Assembly (NCBI GenBank): GCA_963748015.1
Contig: CAVVHE010000009.1
Span: 480,001-544,000, forward strand
Source: Terriglobia bacterium
GTDB lineage: Bacteria; Acidobacteriota; Polarisedimenticolia; Polarisedimenticolales; JAIQFR01
Length of the DNA: 64,000 nt
Reading direction: 5' to 3'
Under the pieces are notes generated by a model that searched no databases, had not been told where the DNA came from, and saw only the letters and a list, made by a program, of their open reading frames with translations. Position numbers and translations under genes: made by a program. How positions within the stretch are numbered: position 1 is the stretch's first letter; each line of letters begins with the position of its first letter. Of this stretch, positions 28,573 to 38,900 are shown in pieces.

Positions 28573-29652
28573 TTAGTACGCACGGCGACCGGCGAGGTTG
28601 CGACGGTCTTTTCGCTCGAGGTCGAGTAGCCACCGCTTTCGCCAGAGGCCGCCGCCGTAGCCCGTGAGCTTGCCGTCGGACCCGACGACCCGGTGGCAGG
28701 GGATCACGATCGCGATGCGGTTGTCGCCGTTGGCCCGGGCGACCGCGCGGACCGCCCCCGGCCTCCCGATCAGGCGGGCCTGCTCTCCGTACGAGCGCGT
28801 CTCGCCGTAAGGGATCGTCCTCAGCATCGTCCACACCTCGCGCTGGAACTCCGTGCCCGCGACGTCGAGCGGGACGGTGAAGTCCAGGAGCGCGCCCCGA
28901 AAGTAGCGGTCGAGCTCGTCCGAGAGCGGCCCGAAGAAGGGGCTGGTTCCCGGCAGGAGCGCTGCCGCGTGCCGCTTCCGGACTCGATCGAGCTGCGTCG
29001 GCAGCATCGGGCGGTCCACGAACTCGAGCAGGCAGACTCCCTTGCCGGTGGCCCCAGCGAGCATCGGGCCGAGCGGTGTCGGGATCCGGGTCACCGTGAC
29101 CAGAGCGCCGTCGCGGGCGCGGGATGGGGCCATGCCGGCGAGCTTCTTGAACGCCTCGTTGAACGCGCTCGCGGACTCCCAGCCCGCGTCGAGGGCCGCG
29201 TCGATCGTCCTGTCGCCGTGCGCGATCCGGCCGAACGCCGCGCCGATGCGGATCGCCCTCAGGTAGGCCTGGAACGTGAGTCCGTGCTCCTTCTTGAACC
29301 AGCGCCTCAGGGCCACGGGATCCACCCCCCGGTCGCGCAGCTCCGAGTCGCGGAGGCGAAGAGACGGGTCGCGCTCGATCTCCTCGAGGAGAGCCTTGAC
29401 CGCCGCGGGCGGAACGCCGCGGGCCTCGAGCGGGCGGCAGACGCGGCACGGGCGGTAGCCCGAGAGGAGAGCCTGCTTCGCGTCGGCGAAGAAGGTCACG
29501 TTCTCCCGCCTCGGCTTCCTGGCCGTGCAAACGGAGCGGCAGAAGATGCCGGTCGTGCGAACCCCCGTGAAGAAGACGCCGTCGTACTCGGGGTCTTTCT
29601 CCAGCAGGGCGCGGTACATCGTCTCGTCGTCGGGCAGAGCGTGCGTGTTCAT
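28573..29652 (-). CDS. ada: Bifunctional Ada: Zn-binding/AraC activator + O6-methylguanine-DNA methyltransferase
   Basis: TTGIFCRSVC, GYRPCRVCRP and IPCHRV active-site motifs. Confidence 0.93.
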   Translation of the reverse strand: MNTHALPDDETMYRALLEKDPEYDGVFFTGVRTTGIFCRSVCTARKPRRENVTFFADAKQALLSGYRPCRVCRPLEARGVPPAAVKALLEEIERDPSLRLRDSELRDRGVDPVALRRWFKKEHGLTFQAYLRAIRIGAAFGRIAHGDRTIDAALDAGWESASAFNEAFKKLAGMAPSRARDGALVTVTRIPTPLGPMLAGATGKGVCLLEFVDRPMLPTQLDRVRKRHAAALLPGTSPFFGPLSDELDRYFRGALLDFTVPLDVAGTEFQREVWTMLRTIPYGETRSYGEQARLIGRPGAVRAVARANGDNRIAIVIPCHRVVGSDGKLTGYGGGLWRKRWLLDLERKDRRNLAGRRAY

Positions 29653-29730
29653 GAACGGAGTAGATACCGATCCCGCGCGCCGCGGCAACCGGGATTTGGA
29701 CGGGCAATTCCCGCCGGGGAACCGACCGGA

Positions 29731-31428
29731 TCAGGGCTCGCGAAGCGCCCGCTTCCGCGCCGCCTCGAACTCGTCCCCCGGGTACCAGGCGGGGCGCTCT
29801 TTCCCGTCCGCGACGGCGAGCCCCACGAGGAATCCGAGGCGCGCGTCCTCGGCCAGCCCCTCGATGTCCCAGTCGGCCGCGACCTGATCGCTCGGCCGGT
29901 GGTAGCGCGTCGAGATCCAGGCGTTCCAGGCCGCGTCGCCCCAGCCGGCCGGCTTGTCCCGCACATCCGTGCCGGAGCGGAACCAGAGCGCCGGGATGCC
30001 TCCCTTCGCGAAGCTGAACTGGTCGGAGCGGTAGTACCAGCCGGCCCGCGCGTCGCGCTCCTCGGTGATGACCCGATCCTGCGCGCGAGCGATCCCGGCG
30101 AGGAGATCCTCCAGGCTCGACTTTCCCTTCCCGTAGACCACGACGTCGCGCGTCCGCCCCCAGACGTTTCCCAGCTCGAAGTTGACGTTCGCGGCGATCC
30201 GGTCCGGGGAAAGGGCGCCGCTGCGGACGAAATACCACGATCCGAGGGTGCCCTGCTCCTCGGCCGCGGGGAACAGGAACATCAGGCTGCGCGCGGGACG
30301 GGCGGGCAGCGCCGCGAATCGCCTCGCGATCGCGAGCACCTGCGCCATCGCGACGCCGTTGTCCAGGGCGCCGTTGTAGATCCTGTCGCCGCCCGCGTCG
30401 GGCTGGCCGACCCCGAGGTGGTCGTGGTGGGCGGTGAGCACCACGAACTCGCCGGCGCGCGCGGGATCGCCGCCCCGCAGGATCCCCGCCACGTTGGCGG
30501 TCCGCGTCCTCCGTACGCCGTTCTCGAGCGCGATCGACGTGCGGATTCCGAGGGGGACGGGGCGGAAGTCCCGGGACCGGGCCTGCGCGATCAGCGCGGC
30601 GAGCTCGTGCCCGCCGAGCGCGGCGAGCCGCTTCGCCGCGTCCTCGGTCAGCCACGTCTCGAGCGGGGTGCGGGGCTCCGTCCCCGACGGGAGCTGGAAC
30701 TGCTCGCCGCTCCACGAGTTCAAGACGACTTCCCAGGGATACCCGGCCGACGGTGTCGTGTGGACGATGATCGCTCCCGCCGCCCCCTCGCGCGCCGCGC
30801 TCTCGTACTTGTAGGTCCAGCGGCCGTAGTAGAGCTTCCGCGGCCCGGCGAAGAGCTTGGGGTCCCAGTCGGGATCGTCGTTGAGCATCAGGAGGACCTT
30901 GCCCCGCAGGTCGGCCCCCTTGAAGTCGTCCCAGCGCTGCTCCGGCGCCCGGATGCCGTACCCGACGAACACGACCTCGGCATCCTCGATCGCGACGCGG
31001 GGCTCGGCGACGCCGGCGCCGCCCATGTAGTCCGCTCGAAGGCGGAAGGACGCCTCCGTCCCCCCGGCCGAGCGAAACGCCCAGCGCTCCGGGAGCTTCG
31101 CGGTCACCCCCACGATCTCGACCGGCTGCTCCCACGCTCCGCCTTCGAACCCGGGCTCGCACCCGATCTCCCGGAGGCGCCGCGCGAGGTATTCCCTCGC
31201 GAGCTGGTCGCCGCGGCTCCCGGGCGCGCGCCCCTCGAACGCATCGGCCGAGAGCGCCTTCGTGTCCTCGAGCAGCTCGGACGTCCCCAGAGCTGCCGCG
31301 GCCTGGATTGCGCCGTCCGGCAGGCCCGGCGGCAGGGTTGACGGCACCGTCGTGCCAGGAGTCCCGGCGCAAGCCGCCATCAGTACCAGGACGGTGGCCA
31401 CGAGCCCCAACCGCCAATTCACCATCAT
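29731..31428 (-). CDS. M28 aminopeptidase with PA domain, lipoprotein
   Basis: Lipobox MAAC; AHHDHLG, NGALDNG, AEEQG, RSDQFSF and YHRPSD motifs. Confidence 0.93.
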   Translation of the reverse strand: MMVNWRLGLVATVLVLMAACAGTPGTTVPSTLPPGLPDGAIQAAAALGTSELLEDTKALSADAFEGRAPGSRGDQLAREYLARRLREIGCEPGFEGGAWEQPVEIVGVTAKLPERWAFRSAGGTEASFRLRADYMGGAGVAEPRVAIEDAEVVFVGYGIRAPEQRWDDFKGADLRGKVLLMLNDDPDWDPKLFAGPRKLYYGRWTYKYESAAREGAAGAIIVHTTPSAGYPWEVVLNSWSGEQFQLPSGTEPRTPLETWLTEDAAKRLAALGGHELAALIAQARSRDFRPVPLGIRTSIALENGVRRTRTANVAGILRGGDPARAGEFVVLTAHHDHLGVGQPDAGGDRIYNGALDNGVAMAQVLAIARRFAALPARPARSLMFLFPAAEEQGTLGSWYFVRSGALSPDRIAANVNFELGNVWGRTRDVVVYGKGKSSLEDLLAGIARAQDRVITEERDARAGWYYRSDQFSFAKGGIPALWFRSGTDVRDKPAGWGDAAWNAWISTRYHRPSDQVAADWDIEGLAEDARLGFLVGLAVADGKERPAWYPGDEFEAARKRALREP

Positions 31429-31471
31429 GTCTCCTCCCGCAGGATCTGCGCGTGTACGGCGACTCAGTTGG

Positions 31472-31660
31472 CCGTCGTGGGTCGGGAGGACATACCCTTC
31501 CGCCGCCGACCTCCGTCGCGACCCACATCGGCCGCGCTAGGACCTCGCAAGCGCGATGGGGGCCCCCATCCCCATCGCGCTCGGCCCGTCGCGCGGCCGT
31601 GTGGGGCCCCGCTCCTCCGGCCACTGCGGCGGAAGGGTATGTCCTCCCGACCCGCGACGG
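31472..31660. repeat. REPIN-like element: 35-bp inverted repeats around an inner hairpin
   Basis: 31472-31506 vs 31626-31660 are 34/35 complementary; each arm is itself an imperfect hairpin, the left one preceded by GTGG; inner GCGCGATGGGG...CCCCATCGCGC. Confidence 0.8.
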
Positions 31661-31690
31661 GCTGCATTCTCTAAGGACTACCGCGTCCGA

Positions 31691-32707
31691 TCACGGCACG
31701 AGGAGCACCTTGCCGAAGTTCTTGCGGTCGTGGATGTGCTCGTGCGCCCGCGCCGCCTCCGCGAACGGGAAGGTCGCGCCGATGACCGGCGCGACCTGGC
31801 CCGAGGCGGCAAGGTCGAGGATCTCCTTCATGCCCACGGCCAGCTCGTCGGCGCGGCTCCAGAGGTGGCCCACGTTCACCCCGAACACGCCGCGATTCTG
31901 GCCCATCATCCGGAGCGGGTTGAAGCGCGGGGTCCGGAGCAGCCCGGCGAGGACGGAGATCATGCGGCGGCGCCTTCCCCGGGCGAAGCTCGACGCGCCG
32001 AACACGAACAGCCGCCCGAGCGAGGCTAGGCAGCGGTAGCTCCGCGCGATGGACGCCCCGCCGACCGCGTCCAGGGCGATGTCGACGCCGCGCCCCTCGG
32101 TGAGGCGGCGCACCTCGACGTCGAAGTCGCGCGTCGCGGAGTCGATGCAGTGGCGCACACCGGCCGAGCGCAGGCGCTCGTGCTTTCCGGCGCTCGCGAT
32201 CCCGATGACCTCGGCCCCCCGCGAGCGGCAGAGCTGCAGCGCGGCGAGGCCGACGCCCCCGGCCGCGGCGTGCACCAGTACGCGCTCGCCGGCCCGGACG
32301 TTCCCCAGCCGGAACAGCATCAGCCAGGCCGTGAGGTAGTTCACCGGAAGGGCCGCGGCGGACTCCAGGGGCAGGTTCGAGGGGGCGGGAAAGGCGGAGG
32401 AAGACGGCACGACCACGACGTCGCTGTAGCCGCCGAAGTACGTACCGGCGACCACCCGCGCGCCGGCCTCGAGTTCCGTGACGCCCGGGCCGACCGCGTC
32501 CACGACGCCGGACACCTCGTAGCCGACGACGCAGGGAGTCTTCGGCGCGTCGGGGTAGAGCCCGAGGCGCGCGAGGATGTCGGCGAAATTCACGCCGGCC
32601 GCCGCGGTGCGGATGCGCACCTGACCCGGGCCCGGCCGCGGGTCCGGCGCTTCGCGCACCTCGAGTACGTCCGGCGGGCCGTGGCGTGGGATCCAGATCT
32701 GTCTCAT
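31691..32707 (-). CDS. VAT-1-like NADPH quinone oxidoreductase (MDR family)
   Basis: GVNFADILARLGLYP, PVNYLTAW, HAAAGGVG and KNFGKVLL motifs; RBS GGAGG. Confidence 0.92.
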   Translation of the reverse strand: MRQIWIPRHGPPDVLEVREAPDPRPGPGQVRIRTAAAGVNFADILARLGLYPDAPKTPCVVGYEVSGVVDAVGPGVTELEAGARVVAGTYFGGYSDVVVVPSSSAFPAPSNLPLESAAALPVNYLTAWLMLFRLGNVRAGERVLVHAAAGGVGLAALQLCRSRGAEVIGIASAGKHERLRSAGVRHCIDSATRDFDVEVRRLTEGRGVDIALDAVGGASIARSYRCLASLGRLFVFGASSFARGRRRRMISVLAGLLRTPRFNPLRMMGQNRGVFGVNVGHLWSRADELAVGMKEILDLAASGQVAPVIGATFPFAEAARAHEHIHDRKNFGKVLLVP

Positions 32708-32748
32708 GGAGCCTCCGCGCGAGAGGCCGGCCAGGATACCACCCGGAG

Positions 32749-32788
32749 AAAAAAAACGGCCCGCACGGAGGTTATGCCGTGCGGGCCG
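32749..32788 (-). terminator. Rho-independent terminator downstream of the giant S8 gene
   Basis: 12-bp stem CGGCCCGCACGG/CCGTGCGGGCCG, 8-nt loop, T8 tail on the minus strand. Confidence 0.9.
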
Positions 32789-32932
32789 AACCAGGGGGCC
32801 GGGTCTTGACGGAAGCGCGTCTTGACCCGGTGGTAACCGGCGGCCGCCCCGGTCGCGCCGCCAGAGCGGGCGCGGCCGGGGCAGTCGCATCGAGACGAGC
32901 GTTACGGAGGTGTCACCCTCCAGTGGGGGTGC

Positions 32933-35900
32933 CTACTGGCACTCCCCGTTGCCGGGCAGGACGACGCGCGCCTTGGACGCCGAGACGGTGCCGTACGAGC
33001 TGTCTTCCTGACCGTTGTTGAACTGGACCGCGTAGAAGAACACGTGTCCGGGAGCCGGAATCGCCGTGTCTTCGTACCCGGCCGTCGTCGTGGACGGCGT
33101 GTTGCTCAGGATGCAAACCACCTGGCCGAGGTTGAGGTTCGAGCCCTCGACCCTGAGGTTCGCGAGGTCGCCGCGGATCACGTCGTAGTGCAGCGCGACG
33201 TCAACCGCGCTCCAGACGACCCGCGAATTGCGGCCGTTCTCCATGGTGACGTTGAGCGGTTCGGCCGCCATCTCGGCCCGGTCGTGCGGAACGCTGACCT
33301 CGGAGGCCGTCGTGGCGGAGTTGCCCGAGCCGTCGCTGACCATGTAGGTGAGGGTGTAAAGGCGTCCCGAGCCGCCGCCCATGCGCTCGGCGCGGAGCAT
33401 GACCTGGAAGTCCGGGGTGCCGGTGGCGGCGCCCTGGATGTCGTCGGTCGTGTTGCCGTCGCCGCCGCCCTGGGCGTCATCCGGCTCGTTCGAGGTCGCC
33501 GACACGAGGACCACCGAGACGCTCGGGTAGCAGATATCCGAGGCGGTCACGGTGGCGGTGACGTTGGACATCTTGTGGTTCGGCGGCCAGAGGACGCTCG
33601 GGTGGACCGACGAGGTGATCGTCGGCGCGATCGTGTCCACGATCGTCACGGCGACGGTCGCGGGATCGGAATTCTGGTAGCCGTCATTGACCACCAGGGT
33701 GACCAGCGTCGTTCCCAGCGGGAAGCTGGCGGACGGCGTCGGGCTGGTCGGATCGTCGAAGGTGATGCCCGGCGCGCTCCAGAAGTAGGTCAGCGGATCG
33801 CCGTCGGCGTCCGAGGACCCGGTTCCGTTGAACATCGCGGTTGCGCTGAGGTTGCCCGTGCACTCGAGCGTCTGCGGCGTGCCGGGCACGGCAACCGGCT
33901 TCACGTCCACGATGAGCTGGACCGGAACGTCGACGGTCGGCGTCGCCGGGTCGTTGCTGGTGAAGTGGAACGTGGCGTCGTGGACCCCGTGCAGGAGGTC
34001 GGGATCCGTGGCGTCGAAGCTGGCGACGATCGCCGTGCACTCGCCCGCGGGGATCGTCCCGCTGGTCGGCGTGAACGTGACCCACTCGGGCAGCGCCTTG
34101 AACTCGATCGCCATGTTGTCGTGGACGTAGTCCACGTTGTACGCGGCCTGCAGACCGTCGGCCTTCGTGTCGTTCTGGATGCCGATGGTGGCCGAGTTCA
34201 GCGTGGCGGACAGCATCGTCTCGTACTGGTAGACGACCTTTCCGCTCGGGTAGATGATGACCTCGAAGTTCAGGTCGTCCGTGTACCCGGCGATCCGGTA
34301 CATGTGCTGGTACTGGATGATGAGTCGCGCCCCGTCGTAGTAGTAGTAGATCGCCGACGGAAGCGGCTCGGACCCGGACCCGTCGCGGGAGACGAGATCG
34401 TCCCAGAACGGGGCGAGCAGGTTCTCCGGCGCGCCGGAGTTGGGCAGCGGCTGGTTGGTGTAGCTGGTCAAGGCGCTGGTGAAGCTGATCCAGCCGTTGG
34501 TGGTGACGCGGAAGTCGGTGAACGTGTTCCCGTAGAACTTGAACGGGAACCCGATCGCGAACGGGCCGAGGTTGCAGTCGTCGCAGTAGCCGGTCGTGCC
34601 GATCGGAATCTGCGTGCCGATGCCGCTGATATCCACCCAGTCGTACATCGGGCCGCCCGCCTCGTCCGAATCCTTCCAGCGGTAGCCGAACACGTCGGGG
34701 CCGCCGGAGCCGAGGATGCCGGGCCGCGGGTCGATCTCGTCCTTGCCGAGCTCGAGCGGGGCGTACTGCGCCACGTTCGCGGCAGCGGAGAAGATGTTCG
34801 CCGCGCCGTTCCAGGTGAGATCGCTGCCGCCGGTGTTGCAGACGGACAGGTTGCGGGTGCTCATGCTGCCCGGAGGCAGGATCTCGGTGATGGACGCCGG
34901 CGCCACGTTGATGACCGGCGGATCGAGAGCCGTGCCGTCGAGCGGGATCTCGAGCGAAGGCATGGCCGGGTCGTCGCTGGTGACCGTGATGCTGCCGGTG
35001 AGCGGGCCCGCCATCGTCGGCGAGAAGTGGACCGTCACGGGAATCTGCCCGTAGACGGGAATCGCCGCCGGCGTCGTGATACCGGTCACGCTGAAGTCGC
35101 CGGACACCGAGACGCTGTTGATGTGCAGGACGTCGGTCCCGGTGTTCTTGATCGCCAGCGGCAGCGTGCGGCTGTAGCCGACGTAGGTCATCGGGAACGT
35201 GAGCGACGCCGGGGCCGCCCCGATGTGCGGGATGCCGGTGACGTGGAGGTTCACCGGGACCTGGAACACGCCGCGCGCCGGATCGTTCGTGGTGATCTCG
35301 ATGTACGCGAGGTAGTCGCCGCCGACCAGGCCGGCCGAGTTGATCGTGACGTCGAGATCGGAGAACCCGCCGGCCGGGATCGCTCCCGTGCGAGGCGTGA
35401 CGGTGAGCCAGCCCGCGGGCGGGTTGAACTCGACCGCCAGGCCGTTGTGCATGTAGGCCGCGTTGTAGACCACGGTCAGGCCGTCGGCCATCGTGGAATC
35501 CTGGATGCCGATCGTGGCCTCGTTGAGCCGCGTGCCCTGCATGTCGAGGTACTGGAAGACGATCCTGCCGTTGGGGTAGAGGATCGCCTGGAAGGTGTAG
35601 GGGGTCGTCGTGCCGTAGCGCTGCACGCCGACGTACGACAGGATGAACCGGCTACCGTCGTTGTAGTAGTACGCCTGGCCCGCGGTGCGGAGATCCAGGT
35701 CGTCCCAGAACGCCGCCAGCAGGTTCGGCGGCGCGCCGGTGCTCGGCAGGCCGGTGTTCCCGAGGCTCGTCAAGGTGCTGGTGAACGACAGCCAGCCGTT
35801 CGTGCAGACGTTCACGGTGCCGAACGAGCCGCCGTAGAACGGGAAGTTGAAGCCGATCGGGATGCCCTGCGCGTTGCCGTCATCGAGCGTCCCGTTGGTC

Positions 35901-38900
35901 ACGGCCGTGATTGGCGTGCCGATCGTGCTGATGTCGACCCAGTTGAACACCGGGCCGGCCAGCGAGTCGGAATCGCGCCAGCGGTAGCCGAAGGTGTCGG
36001 GACCGCCCGATCCGAGGACGCCGGGGTTCGAATCCACCGCGTCCTTCTTGTCTTCCACCGGCGGGAAGACCGGCACCGCGGCCGCGTTCAGGAGGCGGAC
36101 CTCCGCGGTGTAGTTCAGATCGCTGCCGCCCTGGTTCTCGAGGTGCAGCAGGTGGTTCACGACGTCGCCCTCGAAGACCGAGTCGGAGAACGACGACGGC
36201 GACCACACGGCGATCGGCGGCATGATGGCGGTGCCGCTGATCGGCATCGTCTTGACCGGGTTCACCGGATCGTTGCTGATGACCTGGACCGCCGCGTTCG
36301 AGGGGAGCGCGCCCGGCAAGGTCGGCAGCCACCTCAGGTTGAAGATGCGCGAGCCTCCGGGCGGGAGCGGGAAGGCCGCGTTGACGGACAGCTCGCCGTT
36401 GGCGGGCTCGGACACCGTCAGCGACCCGTGATTGGTGGTGACGTCGGTCACGTTCAGCGTGTCGGTGCCGGTGTTCACCACCTGCACCGTCGTCAGGTAG
36501 GGATACCCGACGAACTTCGTCCCGTAGGCGAACGAGGTCGGCACGATGCTCGCGATCGGCACGCCGATCACCGTCAGCGCGGTCGGAATCGGCCGCGTCT
36601 CGGGAAGGTTGTTGGTCAGGACGACGGCGCCGTTGAGCGTGCCGCCGACCCTATCCGTGGAGTCGAACTGCACGTTGAACACGGTGCTGCCGCCGGGCGG
36701 GATGGTCGCGCTGGACGGCGTCACCTTGAGCCAGTCCGGCGTCCTGCTGATCTGGACGGCCAGGTTGTTCTTGATGTACGTCCCGTTGTAGGCCATCTGG
36801 AGGAAATTCGCGGGGGTCGTGGTCGCCAGGTTCTGCATCCCCACGGTCGCGATGTTGAGCGATCCCGTCATGGTGAGGTACTGGTAGACGATCTTGCCGT
36901 TCGGATAGAGCAGCACCTCGAAGTTGAGGTCTTCGGTCGAGCCGCGCTGGAAGACGTTCTTGTACTGGACGATGACCCTGCTGCCGTCATTCTTCCAGTA
37001 CGCCCGCGACGTCCGCGCGGGGGTCCCGTAGTTGGTGCGGAAGTACAGGTCGTCCCAGAACGGCGCGAGGGTGTTCTTGGGGAGCGCCGTGGTCGGGAGC
37101 GCGACGTTGCTGTACGGGTTGGACGTGGTCGAATCGAAGGTGATGAACCCGTTGGTGTTCACCCTCATCGACGTGTAGTTGACGCCGTAGAACGGGAAGG
37201 TCATCCCGATGTTGCTGATGACGACGCCGGCGTCGTCGCCCGTGAGAGAGAGCAGGGTGCCCGTCGTGCTGATGTCCACCCAGTCGAACGTCGGACCGCC
37301 CGAGGCGTCCGAGTCCTTCCAGCGGTAGCCGAAGCCGTCGGGGCCGCCCGAGGCCAGGGCGCTGATCTCGTCGGCGACGACGAGCTGGCCGTTGCCCTGG
37401 TCGGCGGCGGCGTTGACGACGAGGTTCGAGCCGCCGGTGTTGTAGATGGTCAGCGGCTGGGTCGCTTGCTGGCCGGTGTACAACGTCTGGGCGAGCGTGG
37501 TCGGACTGGTGACCATCTGCGGCGCGACGAGGCCGTTGCCCGTGACCGGCACGGAGACAATCGGCCGATTCGCGTCGTTGCTCATCACCGTGAGGGATCC
37601 GGAGTACGCACCCGGCACCGCGGGCGTCCAGATCGCCTGGACGGTCCGCGAGGACTTGGGTGCGAGGTCGAACGTCGCCGCGCTGACGGTCAGCGTGGGA
37701 TCGCTCGCCACGATGTCGGTCACGTGCAGCGTGTCGGTTCCGGGGTTGGCGACGATGAGGCTCTGGGCCGTGGCGACGCCTACGAACACGTCACCGTACG
37801 CGAGGGAGGTCGGCTGAACGCTGACCTGCGGCGCGCCGATCACGTGGAGCGAGGCGTTCACGGTCATCGTGGGATGGACCGGATCGTTGCTCACGATGTT
37901 GACGGTGCCCGGGTACGTTCCGCCCTCGAGCCCCGAAGCATCCATGTGCAGGTTGATGATCTTGGACTCGCCCGTCCGGAGGCGTCCGGAGGTCGGGAAA
38001 GCGGTCAGCCACTGCGGGATCGAGGCGATGCGCACCGCCAGGCCGTCGTGGATGTACGCCTGGTTGAACGCGACCTGGAGTCCCACGGTCTTCGTGGCGT
38101 TCTGGATGCCGACGGACGCGCTGTTCACCGCACCCGACATCGTCAGGTACTGGAAGGTGACCGCGCCGCTGGCGTCGAGGATCGCCTGGAAGGTGTAGGC
38201 GCCGGTGCCGCTGTAGGGCGGAATGGCTTCCCACTGCACGATCGCGGAGGTGCCGAACGACTGGAAGAACGCCTTGTTCGTCGTCCCCGCGTTGAGGTCG
38301 TCCCAGAACGGGGCGACGAAGTTCTCGGGCGCGCCGGAGTTCGGCAGAGGCTGGTTCGAGTAGGACGTGGCCGCGCTGGTGAACGACAGCCAGCCGTTGG
38401 TGCAGACCCGGATCGAATCGAAGAACGTGCCGTAGAACGGCATGTTGAAGCCGAGCGCGATCGGGCCGGTGGTGGAGTCGTCGCCGGTCAGCGCCAGAGG
38501 CGTGCCCGTCGTGGAGATGTCCACCCAGTTGAAGGCCGGACCGCCCGGCTCGTCGCTATCCACCCAGCGGTAGCCGAACGAGTCGGGACCGCCGGCGCCC
38601 AGGACGACCGGGTCGCCGTGACGGGGATCGAGCTCGTCCTTGCCGAGCAGGAGCGGCTCCTGCGGGACGGCGCTCATCGGCTCGCCGACCATCGGGGTCG
38701 GGATCGTGAAGTCGAGCGTGCCGACGCCGAGGTTGGACAGGGTGACGGTCCGGTCGGCCGTGCCGCCGGTGTAGAGATCGGCCGACACCGAGGTCGGATC
38801 CACGTTGCCCGTGGGCGGCGGCAAGGTGTTGCCGGACGCGAGGTTCGAGAGCGGTCCGGGGTTGCCCCACTCGTCGAACGCCTTGATGGCGAAGTAGTAG

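Noticed and set aside
32789..32932. GC hairpins between the S8 stop and its terminator as a separate sRNA
   Set aside because: No promoter or recognisable family; adequately explained as a structured 3' UTR in GC-rich DNA
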